From: a virus
Virus record (IMG/VR): IMGVR_UViG_3300010382_000019
Span: 263 to 64,262 of that record
Reading direction: 5' to 3' (one strand)
Length of the DNA: 64,000 nucleotides
The notes beneath the pieces are model-generated. The model saw nothing but the letters and a program-made list of their open reading frames with translations, searched no databases and was not told the origin of the DNA. The position numbers and the translations under genes are program-made. Shown here piece by piece: positions 50,101 through 58,691 of the stretch (within the stretch, counting starts at the first letter, position 1; the number at the start of each line of letters is the position of its first letter).

Positions 50101-53100
50101 TGAATAAAGGTATAATAAGAGTGTTAATTGGTTCTACTGCAAAAATGGGTGAAGGTATGAACGTGCAGCAAAGGGCAATAGCACTTCATCATCTAAATTC
50201 ACCGTATAGACCTTCTGATATAGAACAAAGGGAAGGAAGAATAATTCGCCAAGGCAATAAGAATAAAAATGCTAGGATATATACTTATATTCAAGAAAAG
50301 TCCTTTGACAGTTATATGTGGCAAATGTTATCCCGTAAGCAAGAATTTATATCACAAGCTATGTCTGGAGAGTTTATAGGCTCAGAACTTGAAGAAGTTG
50401 ACGATTTTGTACTGAGTGCTAATTCTGCTATGGCTATTGCCACAGGGAATCCGATAATTCTCCAAAAGGTAGAGGTAGACCAAAAGGTAAAAGAACTTGA
50501 AGGGTATAAGGCAGCTTACAGGAAAAATATGTATCAGTATGATGATATAGTAAAAAAATATCCCGAAGAAAATAAAAAGATACAGGAAAGAATTGAGGGC
50601 TATAAAAAAGACCTTGAAACATTAGAAAACCATGAATGGGTAACAGAAACAGCAAAAGACGATAACACAATTGAATCTTTAGCAAAATTTGAAATAAAAA
50701 TTGGCGATAGGGTTTATAACGATAAGGAAGATGCAGGGGAAGCAATTAGGGAAGCTTCAAAAGAGCCAAATGAAAACTACACAACGATTGGTGAGTACAA
50801 GGGGTTTAAATTAGTTTACCTTAAGTATAAAACAACATTAGGCTACATCGTTGATCTAATACTTAAAGGAGAAGAACGGTATGAAACTTCATTGTCAGAA
50901 TCTAATACAGGAACCATTCAAAAGCTAGACAATGCGCTTAATAAGATTTCTCCTGAAATAGAAGAATATAAGAAAGTTATAGAGGAAAGAAATGCAGCAA
51001 TAGAAGAAGCAAAAGAAATTCTTGCAAAACCATTCAAGTATGAGAAGGAACTTAGCGATGCACTTATGGAACAGGCTAGAATAAATGGCGAACTTGGCAT
51101 TAATGTTGCTGAAATCATAAACGAAGATAAGGTTTCAGACTTTGAAGATACAGACGGAACAGAGGAAGATGAAGAAGAAAATAAGAATAGTTCTAAAAGA
51201 AGTACTAAATCCTATTCTATGGTAGGACAAGCAGCGCAAATGCCAAATGGTGATGAAAGTTCCAAACTTGAAGATACAAAAACCGTTGATGAAATAGTTG
51301 CTATCATCGAAAAGACTATCAAAGTACCTATAAGGACAGGCAAGTTTAGACAAAGAGCCTACGGTATATTTAAGGAAGTACCGGAAGTAATTCGTACAAA
51401 GGTAACAAATGACCTACCTACAATATGCCATGAAGTGGGACATTACCTAGACAAAAAATTTGGGCTGGATAATCTGCAATTTAAGGATGAACTTATGGCA
51501 TTGGGTAAGCCTGTCTCAAGAAAATCATACACTAAAGAACAAGTAAGGGCAGAAGGTATAGCGGAATTTGTCAGGTTGTACTTAACGGATCAGCGACAGG
51601 CAAGACTTAGGACTCCAAAATTCCTACAGTATTTTGAAACTGTGCTTGACAGAGATAGCCTTATGTCACTGAACAGCATAAGAACAGACATACTAAAGGT
51701 TGTAAATTTATCTGATGTAGACAAGGTTAAAAATGATATATCTGTAGGTGAAACAAGAAAGGCTACAAAACAAGAGAAAGGCTTCAAGGAAATAAGACAA
51801 AAATTATATGATGCTTGGATTGATGAATACGCGCCGTTCACCAGAGTTGCCAAAAGAGCTATTGAAGCAGGATATAACGGTGAAGCTTTGAATACTGCTG
51901 TAAAAATCTATAGAGGCTTTGAAGGGAAAGTGCTTGGTAATATCACTATGGCACAAATTGACCTTAACGGGAATGTTGTAGGTAAATCCTTTGATGAAAT
52001 ACTTAAGCCTATTAAGAAAAATGAGGTTGATGATTTCAGGGCTTATATGGTATCACGAAGGGCAATAGACTATCATCGAAGGAATATGGTTATGCCACAA
52101 ACGTATTCGACTTACTACAATACATTAATAGCTTTAGACAATAAATATCCTCATTTCCAGGATACATTTAATGAGCTTAGAGAGTGGGAAAACAACGAAA
52201 TGCAGCTTTTAGTTGATAGTGGTGTGTATAGCCAAGATACAGTTGATGAAATGAAGAAAAACAATCCTAATCATGTACCTCTTTACAGAATACAAGAGGC
52301 TGTAGAGGCGGTTTATGGGGGTAGTGGTTCAACCTTGGGACAGTCTAAAAAGGTTGTCAAACAGGCTAGGGGTTCCGGCAAGACAATAATTGACCCTCTT
52401 GAAAGTATGATATTTAATGCTTTTATTATACGAAGGGCAGCAGAAGCTAATCAAATAAATTCTATGCTTGCAGATATGGCAGACAACATAGAGGGATTTG
52501 GTGAATTAGTCGAAGCTGTACCGCCGGGAGTAAAGGGGTTTACTTTCAATGTTGAGGAAATAGGGAAAACTTTGCAGGGTTTGCTAAAGGATGATGTACA
52601 AGCTGAAATAGATGCAAGAAGGAAGAAAAATCCTAATGATAATATGATTCCATACTTGGAGGTACAGAAGGAGCAGATAAATGTAAAGAATATGAATCTG
52701 GACAAGCTTGTAACATTGTTCAGAGCAAACTACAGGGAAAGAGATAACGAGATAACAGTATGCAGGAACGGAAAACCAAAGCTGTATCAAGTTGAAACGG
52801 AACTGTATAGGGCTATCAAAGGGCTTAACAGGGAAGCAAGCCACTTCATTATAAGAGCATTGAATGTGCCTAAAAGGATACTCCAAACCGGAGCAGTAAC
52901 AACCTTGCAATTTGTAATGAGAAACATGGCAAGAGATACTTCAACATCATTGATTCAATCGGAGGCAGGCATAAATCCTATAGATATTGTAAAAGGATAT
53001 GCCAGCGCATTTAAAAAAGACAAATGGTTTAAACAATGGGTATTGTCCGGTGGTGCAACCGAATATTTGCAGGTAAACGAAAGAACACAAGTACAGAGCA

Positions 53101-54413
53101 TATTTGATGATGTTATGGGTTATACCTTAATTGAAAAGCTTCAGGATGCAATTAAGAAACCGACAAAGGAAAAACTAACGAGATTACTATTCACTCCAAT
53201 AAATAAAATAAGGGGTGCTATGGAATGGTCAGAAGCAGGTCCAAGGGCAGCAGAGTTTAGAAAAGCTGTAGAAAAAGGATATAGTCAAGAGAAAGCTGCT
53301 GCATTGTCAAGAGACTTATCACAGGACTTCAAAAGGTATGGCTATTATGGGAAGGAACTTAATAAGATAACAGCTTTCTTTAATGCAAACTTGCAAGGTA
53401 TTGAAAAACAGTTAAGAACATTTAGGGCGCACCCGTACTTAACTTTGTTAAGAGGGTTTCTATATGTGACTTTGCCGACAATGTTATTGTATTTCTGGAA
53501 TGACGACAATGATGAATACAAAAGTATGGCAGTATGGAGGAAAGCATTATTCTACAATATACCGTTGGGCAATAGAAAAACTGCAACACACTTCTTGTCG
53601 ATACCAAAGCCCTATGGTTGGGGTTACTGGTTTGGAGCTTTACTGGAAACAATACTTGACGGTATCAAGAACGATGACCCTAAGATGTGGAAGGATATTC
53701 GAGATAACTTTGTAATTAATTTTGATATTCCACTTATTCCTTCTGCCGTATCTCCAACACTTGAAACAATGACGAACAAAAGCTGGAACAAAACACCTAT
53801 AGAGAACTATGGCGATAGCTTTAAACCCTCATATTTAAGAAAGAATGAAAATAGCAGCATGACCGCAGTCGGACTTGCAAACATATTAAAAGATGTTCCA
53901 GGAGTAAATAAAATATCTCCTAAACAATTAGACTATTTAGTAAAAGGTTATGGCGGTTCAGTAGGAGATTTCTTCTGGCGATTGCCGGATACAGTTAAAA
54001 AAGGTGTGGAGCTGCCAACGGATTACACAAACTATCCGGTTATAAAAACTTTCATCACGGACACGGCATATTCCAACAGGTCAATAAATGATTTCTACAC
54101 TTATGGAAAAGAGCTAAACGACAGATTGAAGGAAGCCCAAGAAACAGGAACGTATAGAGCAATACCTCATTTGTCAGAGAATGAACAAAAAGTCTTACAG
54201 TCGGCTATCAAGAACGCAACAAAAGAATACAACTCATTAGCCGATGAATTTTCCGATGCAAGGGGAAAGATCAGAGAGATAAAGGCAAACAGTAAATATA
54301 GTCCGGCGGAAAAGAAGCTCAGGGAAAGAGAAATACTATTAAAGGTGGCTAAAATTGCAGAAAAGTTCATCAAAAAATACGAAGCATTTAAGAAAAATAA
54401 CAAAATAAAGTAA
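41121..54413 (+). CDS. Giant polyvalent (DarB-like) virion protein: PG-binding, HExxH, nucleotidyltransferase, N6-adenine MTase, SNF2 helicase, LPD-type C-terminus
   Basis: ADGIYGSET/VDGIAGPQT, LRHEIEH, YGSRVRG..SDIDV, LEPSMGTG..NVPF, HGVGSGKT..DEAH..EQREGRIIRQGN, CHEVGH. Confidence 0.9.
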   Translation: MGNDTKKYTIGSGNDLELFKKKFSSSATETEKDIIAYEADNMLYSNKEPESNNATGSVYAARAIMNMLKNKVQGKESAGAGPRANTVPTSTSTHTISPTPLKHYSQNMAIGRNNSPEQVKKIQNALGIKADGIYGSETRAAVIRFQRDNDLLVDGIAGPQTLGKLFRYANGTGMEDKYSAYADTSIAKRDLNSSAVIPSTGMESKQSTYDAEQMLKPFSAVYKPSEYGTLPKIDIIKSALEQKKTEEDNQPSWGEVASSAIGEGIAQTQAGMFNLPRKVIEGVSIGLDKVLPDSIYNKEMQNNDPIKRALDKVVASNEQRAAQYQKTLDATKGLKKFVSLGIGSIPQILMAGVGGAAMSGIGGATTLGSSSAISKLPTAAKQLIPFGTLAGSGYAREAENEGASYGQQMAYGLLGGTAEAATEVLPLENALDLLKKFGAGKIAEEGAKTLIGKYGKTAIKVIKNLALEGFQEGVMSPLSRGAQKMTYKPDLTMSGENGVFDLRSMGEDAYSGVAMAVILGALGLPSTYASHRLAEQMIESGKPITPNSIQNELIPTMQQDTEKIEGEQTTEIGGQTGEQSPTPRIDNKNTVSEVINSNPVSSINFEDLESTGLPKELVYALRQIKLGTLIPNDIVSKYPELQRILNGEISVDDFVNVLDGRQLITPSIALPELQEGQLDNGAVQTINNNSLIPQNNTEQTTINEKGQAIETIEQQGKDTPKTHIENEVSTKLSTNDAIDSKVGDGMEKEPWQMTRDEFAEHMGYNTIYDGVNIQEFNGRVADISNSLSEKIGNRISTRLKTTDFQKVLDFYKKKFNLSDIKIEYDLPVVQGKPLAVAEMGFISGNGSIIHLPKKDARVKPEKILGYLRHEIEHIKDNEEGYTSQSATRSRVNESQAKGKSIQQIYREYWKGHHKNYDLFELDYYHKALVRDAIEEGKEIPDSVLIQYSDLKQVDVKAYDDKKVWEMPKTVYIQRNRHNPNADKAHRIMVEKAKARGEHIPDEVKADYPDIFETPSIQEGVGKKIKTNRETPPGVFSIGDNQQPDTAQQPTAKEKPQAVENIIEENNQLQKGNNKISYGRAGKVAYEKWGNNEYVNADLNKPDDEYTQAFTKFFEFYYNKGLNGEKFPMFNERFPVGKYNFPPFLEDIFYNAGIKDLETKNKRENRKEEESEQNTATNGGNNEESKTENKLERDAPFPMTENEILDIVKNYLNELQSNMELEGLDFKIVDMALYGSRVRGDYTKNSDIDVLIEYEGDAREDDMYNALNFSETYNGKLKIDEIEVDINPIKKEKSGTIREFLERNKNFVKRPELLGTNSTKEEKSSKTLADYGLEVRKTKTNRGNDVWHVPTNDETKKYLSIFHKLKARWYKPHPKAKAVWAFNYDPTEDLLKELADFEGDNTQENTDNNAGQERRIINNVNTTRGVSDLSKVSDEGIIEGIDSLPKWIDHYGKSIENSTPYKDNYKDLETLIAEARERGLSLNKQQNNKPSKENIVKNQEKEHNENKEENTGTKPINNTVKQIKETFPEGPVKNNLAWLDAQAELARQRLKERHKNIRLNAGLPMDDLVDYSIIGADKLANGVVEFSQWSKEMLEEFGDNLRLFLRAIYGQSEAMLEMSPEDIQEMLELAKKEDNNTLKDLNKTDATGTTEENIPNSQKAEHNESKEENIKGGEKDVKHGLLDRQDESISGGNEGRRTSEGEKETGKSETANASGNTSGRSTGLGTRTTGDNKRTQPDNGILEETSKSNNPSGKSELSVLDSGHSEGNSLGFDISKNLNYRFKDIELDFTKPNFNDNYNAIEVLKKIEKEDREATPEEQTILSKYKGWGGLKSAFVEPKRGFNGQLHGLHQVLTNEEFNSAKASIRNAHYTSLELIEAIYKGLSAMEFKGGKILEPSMGTGNFFGMLPQDIASKSHLYGVELDSITGKIAQKLYPKANIQISGFQDVNFKDNFFDVVIGNVPFGEATLNYKGHGYKLHDYFFVKSIDKLKEGGILVFITSSGTMDKLNDKMRQKIMSQADLIAAYRLPDTSFKTNAGTEVTTDLIILRKREEGRPYAGEEWQKVGKIEGIPVNEYFVNHPKNLLGQLVYEKNMYAKERTQLKSNGRDVIAELTEAMQKLPQIYSNKKGAEVKVENGEIENTFCYKKFTYVEHNGELYYVNNDVLKPVKQEKQKIKDYMKIKETFMSLISGNNKAADRKQLNELYDKFVETNGYLNSAKNSKPFREDAEYPKVAGIEIYDYETKKYNKAEIFTKDTNIKKRVEKVDTSYDALIVSLGETARIDMKRMSELTGKPEEVIADELSEHITKDNDGDYQLIDVYLSGNIRNKLSQAKNLAKRNPEYQKNVELLEKAMPIDKKADEITPQLGSPWIGADYIKEFCRELGVDIEDSSFGVTYEPLKGTWAVYTPKSKNSYKKYNQYQTREMSFFKLLENTLNMKTITIYDKDEKGHRYVNTKGTENARLKAKMLKDAFEEWIFKDSDRRNALVERFNKLFNSYKNMEYEKVAKYLRMNDVKNVNLRAHQLKAVARIIYGGDTLLAHGVGSGKTYEMIGASHELIRSGVSNKNMMVVPNHKLSDFEADYKNMYPDAKILVATKKDFEPANRIKLFTKIASNNWECIIAPHSSFRKIPISPEKQAEYIQTEVDELRSVLDEIRVQSGKKENTRFIKNLENTLDNMENKLKTLLDTPKDESVYFDDMGIGALFVDEAHNFKNLAFYTKLNVPNVKNSASQRAADMFIKTGLVREQGGRIIFATATPITNSVSEMYNMLRFVSPSTLEESGIKSFDAWAATFGQIEMKMEMSTDSKSFRAKERFAKYKNVQAMVGMFRQVADVIKTSDVIKDLPTAERINVVSEPNEYLEEFLNEITHRIEKIKNSGSDSSDNMLLITNDGRAAATDLRLVSKLLNIPNKILDIENSKINKAVENIYKEYKEGSKNKLTQLVFLDFGINEGGGRYGFNLYDDLIKKLVNVGIPRKEIATIHEAVTEQEKEQLFGDMNKGIIRVLIGSTAKMGEGMNVQQRAIALHHLNSPYRPSDIEQREGRIIRQGNKNKNARIYTYIQEKSFDSYMWQMLSRKQEFISQAMSGEFIGSELEEVDDFVLSANSAMAIATGNPIILQKVEVDQKVKELEGYKAAYRKNMYQYDDIVKKYPEENKKIQERIEGYKKDLETLENHEWVTETAKDDNTIESLAKFEIKIGDRVYNDKEDAGEAIREASKEPNENYTTIGEYKGFKLVYLKYKTTLGYIVDLILKGEERYETSLSESNTGTIQKLDNALNKISPEIEEYKKVIEERNAAIEEAKEILAKPFKYEKELSDALMEQARINGELGINVAEIINEDKVSDFEDTDGTEEDEEENKNSSKRSTKSYSMVGQAAQMPNGDESSKLEDTKTVDEIVAIIEKTIKVPIRTGKFRQRAYGIFKEVPEVIRTKVTNDLPTICHEVGHYLDKKFGLDNLQFKDELMALGKPVSRKSYTKEQVRAEGIAEFVRLYLTDQRQARLRTPKFLQYFETVLDRDSLMSLNSIRTDILKVVNLSDVDKVKNDISVGETRKATKQEKGFKEIRQKLYDAWIDEYAPFTRVAKRAIEAGYNGEALNTAVKIYRGFEGKVLGNITMAQIDLNGNVVGKSFDEILKPIKKNEVDDFRAYMVSRRAIDYHRRNMVMPQTYSTYYNTLIALDNKYPHFQDTFNELREWENNEMQLLVDSGVYSQDTVDEMKKNNPNHVPLYRIQEAVEAVYGGSGSTLGQSKKVVKQARGSGKTIIDPLESMIFNAFIIRRAAEANQINSMLADMADNIEGFGELVEAVPPGVKGFTFNVEEIGKTLQGLLKDDVQAEIDARRKKNPNDNMIPYLEVQKEQINVKNMNLDKLVTLFRANYRERDNEITVCRNGKPKLYQVETELYRAIKGLNREASHFIIRALNVPKRILQTGAVTTLQFVMRNMARDTSTSLIQSEAGINPIDIVKGYASAFKKDKWFKQWVLSGGATEYLQVNERTQVQSIFDDVMGYTLIEKLQDAIKKPTKEKLTRLLFTPINKIRGAMEWSEAGPRAAEFRKAVEKGYSQEKAAALSRDLSQDFKRYGYYGKELNKITAFFNANLQGIEKQLRTFRAHPYLTLLRGFLYVTLPTMLLYFWNDDNDEYKSMAVWRKALFYNIPLGNRKTATHFLSIPKPYGWGYWFGALLETILDGIKNDDPKMWKDIRDNFVINFDIPLIPSAVSPTLETMTNKSWNKTPIENYGDSFKPSYLRKNENSSMTAVGLANILKDVPGVNKISPKQLDYLVKGYGGSVGDFFWRLPDTVKKGVELPTDYTNYPVIKTFITDTAYSNRSINDFYTYGKELNDRLKEAQETGTYRAIPHLSENEQKVLQSAIKNATKEYNSLADEFSDARGKIREIKANSKYSPAEKKLREREILLKVAKIAEKFIKKYEAFKKNNKIK
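46144..46452 (+). CDS. Candidate overprinted gene (102 aa, TnpV-like) in the +1 frame of the giant ORF
   Basis: AAGGTGGTGA RBS, ATG, globular helical sequence nested in a low-complexity linker. Confidence 0.55.
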   Translation: MSSTDYWIDKMKAYLEEMKEEEPQRAKKKLENPKLQTHLETLAEEARDLELEQQEIIKERNPITEYWKKPVNQITLVESQSYQYWIADTAKEIAWDLIYPRI

Positions 54414-54497
54414 CCCATTCCCCAACTCATAAGAGTGTGTACCTACGGGTATGCACTCTTATTTTATATATGAAATCGGCGAAAGGAGGGGAGCTTA

Positions 54498-54793
54498 TGA
54501 CTGAAAGTGAATTATGCAGTGAAAAGCACAAAAGAATTGATGAAGTTTTGGAGTTGCACAATGACAGATTAAATGCTCACAGTACCCGGATTGATGTACT
54601 GGAGAAGGACTATACAAGTTCAGCCAAAGACATAGGTTATCTTCAAGAAGCAATAAAAGATTTGAAGGAGAGTATAGACAAATTAATTGCTGGACTTGAT
54701 AGCCTAAAGATTAAGCCATTAGCAAAATATGAACAGGTAGCAATATATGTCGTCACTTTTTTAATTGCCTATGTTCTAGGAAAAATATTATAA
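54498..54793 (+). CDS. XhlA-like/holin-associated membrane protein
   Basis: Coiled coil plus one C-terminal TM; GGAGGGG RBS before MTESELC. Confidence 0.65.
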
Positions 54794-54806
54794 GGGAGAG
54801 ATAAAT

Positions 54807-54992
54807 ATGTATAAAGAAAAATTTGCAAAACTGATAGATGTTAAAAGTATAATCACTATATTACTTGTATCGACATTGGTTTATGTTGTTGTATCTGGTA
54901 GAGATATAAACAATGATATATTCTTACTGTTTAGTAATTGCACTACAATGATTATTACCTACTTCTTTACAAAAAAGGAGAAGGTGGAATAA
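54807..54992 (+). CDS. Holin
   Basis: 61 aa, 2 TM, basic C-terminus, upstream of the endolysin. Confidence 0.7.
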   Translation: MYKEKFAKLIDVKSIITILLVSTLVYVVVSGRDINNDIFLLFSNCTTMIITYFFTKKEKVE

Positions 54993-55074
54993 ATGAAGAG
55001 TATAGATTTCACAAACCCTCTAACTCTAACTAGGGTGCTCAACGATTATTTCAAGATGCAGGCGGTGATATAAG

Positions 55075-55683
55075 ATGATTGATAGTCGAATAATTGAGGA
55101 TTTACACCCGATAGTGCAACAGTTATGTAAAAAACATATAGCCGCCTGCAAAGCAAGAGGGGTTACTATACAGGTGACAAGTACTTTGAGAGATGCAGAA
55201 TACCAGGCGTATTTATATGCACAGGGAAGAACTCGTTCAGGAAGCATTATTACTAATATGAAACTTGTTGGCCCACACGCCTTTGGATTGGCATATGATA
55301 TTGTCCCTATTGTAAACGGTAATGCAGTATGGGGTAATAAAAATTTGTGGGCTATAGTTGGAGAAGAAGGAGAAAAACTCGGTCTTGAATGGGGTGGCAA
55401 TTGGAAGTCTTTTGTTGATAAGCCACATTTTCAATATGTTGATGGTTTAACTTTGGCACAACTTAGAGCAGGTAAACGCCCGTCATGGTGGAAAGGGGAG
55501 GTAAAAAAATTGAATTGGAAAGAAATACTAAGACAAGTATCGAACAACCCGACAGAATGGGAAAATGCAATTAATATTCTTGTAAGTGTTATAAAAGCTG
55601 CAAAAGCAAAAGGAGATATAGGGGATGTAGGTATTTTAGAGTATTTACCTACACTCTTAGAAAAAGTAGGTAACAATAAATAA
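55075..55683 (+). CDS. Endolysin, M15-family (L-Ala-D-Glu) peptidase
   Basis: TLRD..Q..LYAQGRT, HAFGLAYD, LEWGGNWKSFVDKPHFQ. Confidence 0.9.
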   Translation: MIDSRIIEDLHPIVQQLCKKHIAACKARGVTIQVTSTLRDAEYQAYLYAQGRTRSGSIITNMKLVGPHAFGLAYDIVPIVNGNAVWGNKNLWAIVGEEGEKLGLEWGGNWKSFVDKPHFQYVDGLTLAQLRAGKRPSWWKGEVKKLNWKEILRQVSNNPTEWENAINILVSVIKAAKAKGDIGDVGILEYLPTLLEKVGNNK

Positions 55684-55776
55684 GGGGTAGCTTTAGGTGC
55701 GTGTCCATAGGGACACAAAGTGAACCATGGGTATGTTTAGTAAGGCAGACAGTGAATCCGCTGTCTGCCTTTATCG

Positions 55777-57420
55777 TTAAACGGCTATATCTCTGGCTTC
55801 TTCTGTAAAGGAACCGGGAATTCCGATGTCCCTATAGCGGATAATAATCTTTTGTTCTGCAGTTCTGGAGTAGCGTTCGCCCCGTTCACCAACTTCAATA
55901 CGTTCAATAAACAGGTGCAGGATTTCGCTGGTTAACTCCGGAATCTCGGTGTAGCGTTTGGCTTTATCAATGAACCGTGAGACATTGGCTATAGATTCCT
56001 GCAGCTTAGTCATCCGCTCTACAGCCTGGGGGATTCGCTCCTTCAGGCTGTTTTGCTCATTGTTATAATCGGCGGACAGCATCCGGAACTGCTCGTTAGT
56101 TATTCGTCCCAGTACATTATCCTCATAAAGACGCTTAAAGAGTGCGGTCAGTTCGGCATCCCTGCGGCGCATGGCATCCAGCTCCCGCTGGAGACGGTCG
56201 ATCTCCCTTTTGGTTTCAGTGCTGTTCCTACGGTTGATGTGCTGCACGAACAGCGATTCCTGCTGCCTTGCAAAATGAGTAACTCGGCGCAGGTCATCCA
56301 GAATAATTTCCGCTAGCTGGATTTCCCTTATGTAGTGAGCGGTGCAGACTTCCTTACCGCGTTTCCTGTAGGTGGAGCACATAAAGTTGTTTTTTATTGC
56401 ATCCATGGTATGTGCCCGGTGGAGTACCATCGTCTCTCCGCAGTCGGCACAGTAGACGAGGCCGGAGAACATGTTTTGTTCCGCCATGTTCGCTCTGCGC
56501 CGTTTATGCTTCCGGATGTCCTGCACAATGCTCCAGGTTTCCTGTGTTACCAGAGGCTCATGTGTGTTTTCAAACCGCAGCTGCTCTGAGGCAGGCCGCT
56601 CAATCCGCTTCTTGTTTTTGTAGGATATCGTGGTGTACTGCAGGCTGATGGTGTGCCCAAGATAGACCTCATTTTCAAGAATGTCTGCAACAGATCGGCT
56701 ACTCCAATTATACGGTCGTGCAGTATCTACACCGGTCAGAAGAACTCCCGTTTTACTGTAATAATAATTTCCGGGCGTGAGAACCTGTTCCTTTTTAAGC
56801 TGCCCTGCTATCTGGCTGGGGCCTTTTCCTCCCGCACAGAGACTGAAAATTCTCTGCACCACAGGTGCGGTGTCCTCATCGGGGATGATTTTCTTTTTCG
56901 GGTTTTTCTCATCCTTTTTATAACCATAAGGTGCTCTTGTCCCTACTCTCTCACCCCGCTCCGCCTGAGCCTTTTTCACTGCGCGTATTTTCCTGCTGGT
57001 ATCCTTGGCATAAAAATCGTTGAACAGGTTCTTAAACGGGGTGAAGTCGTTATCACCGTAGAGGCTGTCCACATTATCATTGATGGCGATGAAACGGATG
57101 CCATAGCTGGGAAACACAAGCTCTGTGTACTGCCCGACCTGCAGATATTCCCGTCCCAGCCGCGACATGTCCTTAACTATAATAGTGGATACCTCACCAT
57201 TTTCCACCAGCTTCATTAATTCATTCCATGCGGGGCGGTTGAAGTTTGTACCGCTGTAGCCATCGTCAGAAAGGAACAAAGTGTTTTCAAACCCGTTGTC
57301 GGCAGCATATTTTTCCAGCATCATCCGCTGGTTCTGGATGCTGTTGGAGTCGCCCTCCCGGTCATCCTCCTGGCTGAGCCTGCCATATAAAATTGTGAAT
57401 TTTTGGTTCGCCTGTTTCAT
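55777..57420 (-). CDS. TnpX/TndX-like large serine recombinase (DUF4368-type C-terminus)
   Basis: YGRLSQED, SDDGYSGT, VKDMSRLGR, CADCG..FMCSTY. ATG 57420 follows AAGGAGG (ORF track gives 57486). Confidence 0.92.
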   Translation of the reverse strand: MKQANQKFTILYGRLSQEDDREGDSNSIQNQRMMLEKYAADNGFENTLFLSDDGYSGTNFNRPAWNELMKLVENGEVSTIIVKDMSRLGREYLQVGQYTELVFPSYGIRFIAINDNVDSLYGDNDFTPFKNLFNDFYAKDTSRKIRAVKKAQAERGERVGTRAPYGYKKDEKNPKKKIIPDEDTAPVVQRIFSLCAGGKGPSQIAGQLKKEQVLTPGNYYYSKTGVLLTGVDTARPYNWSSRSVADILENEVYLGHTISLQYTTISYKNKKRIERPASEQLRFENTHEPLVTQETWSIVQDIRKHKRRRANMAEQNMFSGLVYCADCGETMVLHRAHTMDAIKNNFMCSTYRKRGKEVCTAHYIREIQLAEIILDDLRRVTHFARQQESLFVQHINRRNSTETKREIDRLQRELDAMRRRDAELTALFKRLYEDNVLGRITNEQFRMLSADYNNEQNSLKERIPQAVERMTKLQESIANVSRFIDKAKRYTEIPELTSEILHLFIERIEVGERGERYSRTAEQKIIIRYRDIGIPGSFTEEARDIAV

Positions 57421-57521
57421 AAAGTACCTCCTTCTTATTGGCAAACCGATACGGAAAGCAGTATTGCGGAAGTTCCGCAACACCAATCATACCGGAGGAT
57501 TTACCGCAAGTCTACTGGCTT

Positions 57522-57947
57522 TCATAAAGAATTCCGCTCTGCTTCCAGTTCCTTATCAATAAGGGAAAGCAGCTTGTCGGTCGGTGTCGCAGTAGCTTCT
57601 TTAGGAAACACAGAGCAGACGGCAAACTTTTTACCACCCACAATCATCCGGCGTTCCAAGCAAAGCTGCTCCTGTTCCTCCTTCAACTCGGTGTCATCAA
57701 ACAGTAAAACCTCCTTGCCGTCGAATTCTTCGCTTGCAATTCCCGCTGTGTCATAGCAGCCCCAGAGTCCGGTTTCCAGATAGTGACGCTCCACTGCTTC
57801 AATCCGTCTTGTACATAAACGTTTTTTCATTCTGCCACACCTTTCAAACACGATTTCGACTTTAGGTATCTGTGGATCATTATCCCGGAGTATTATGATG
57901 CATTTTAGAAATGCGTAAGCTATAAAGCTTTTCTGATTTTCTCTCAT
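57522..57947 (-). CDS. TnpW-like transposon-encoded protein
   Basis: C-terminal VGGKKFAVCSVFPKEATATPTDKLLSLID; directly upstream of the recombinase. Confidence 0.55.
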   Translation of the reverse strand: MRENQKSFIAYAFLKCIIILRDNDPQIPKVEIVFERCGRMKKRLCTRRIEAVERHYLETGLWGCYDTAGIASEEFDGKEVLLFDDTELKEEQEQLCLERRMIVGGKKFAVCSVFPKEATATPTDKLLSLIDKELEAERNSL

Positions 57948-57968
57948 GAAAATTTCCCCCTATCATCA

Positions 57969-58367
57969 TTATTTGTGCTGATACAGGTATGCCTGTTCAA
58001 AGGTTGGAACACTGCCAAGTGCTTTCACTTCCTCCGAACAATTTTGGTGCAGCCGTTGCAGTTGGTTATCCGTTACATGCATTTGTGCAGCAATTAAATG
58101 GCATAGTTTTGCTAATTCTACAGAAATTTTATACTGCCCGGTGCCGAGAGATTTGCCGACCTGCTCCATTTTTAGTTGAGCAGCAGAGGTGAACATCTCG
58201 TCAAAGAACTTCGGATTCTGTTCGGCATTTAGATATCCGGAATAAAATTCAATGGCCTTCTCTACAAATTCGTTGCGGGAATCCGCTTGCGCACGCCTTA
58301 GATTATCATCGCATAATTTCAAATGTGCCAATGTTACTGCGAGACCGGATTTGACTCTTTTGTCCAT
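57969..58367 (-). CDS. RHH-type putative relaxosome accessory protein
   Basis: SRNEFVEKAIEFY; family recurrent in clostridial integrative elements. Confidence 0.5.
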   Translation of the reverse strand: MDKRVKSGLAVTLAHLKLCDDNLRRAQADSRNEFVEKAIEFYSGYLNAEQNPKFFDEMFTSAAQLKMEQVGKSLGTGQYKISVELAKLCHLIAAQMHVTDNQLQRLHQNCSEEVKALGSVPTFEQAYLYQHK

Positions 58368-58691
58368 GTATATTTTCCTCTCTTTTTATATGTATTTTTC
58401 CCTGGTACCCTATTGCAACACCCTGTTTAGCGGCAGTAAAATGCGGGGTTTTGCTGCCCATTTTCGCTTTATAACCACGTTTGCGGTACCAACTACCCAA
58501 TTCCGACTACCTAAGAGGTACCATCCCCGACCCGCATTGCGGGGCGATGTGAGCCGGAGCGAGGGGCGTGTACGGCCCCGCTCCTTTAACCTGCAACGCC
58601 TTAAACCGTATGGTTCACCTCCAAATCACCAGTTTTCTTCTGCACAGAAGTTAAGGATGCAAGGATGCAAAGTATATAAGACATTACACCC

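Larger units (their letters stand above)
357..55700. mobile_element. Temperate prophage, podovirus-like virion module; may continue past the nested element and the window end
   Basis: Contiguous integrase, repressor, replication, terminase, portal, capsid and lysis modules. Confidence 0.95.

Noticed and set aside
41867-54430. Numerous minus-strand ORFs inside the giant gene and other structural genes
   Set aside because: Antisense shadows of long coding frames without RBS or family motifs; only the +1-frame ORF at 46144 has independent support.
54993-55073. 26-codon ORF between holin and endolysin
   Set aside because: Possible lysis accessory peptide, but it has no hydrophobic segment or motif to support a call.
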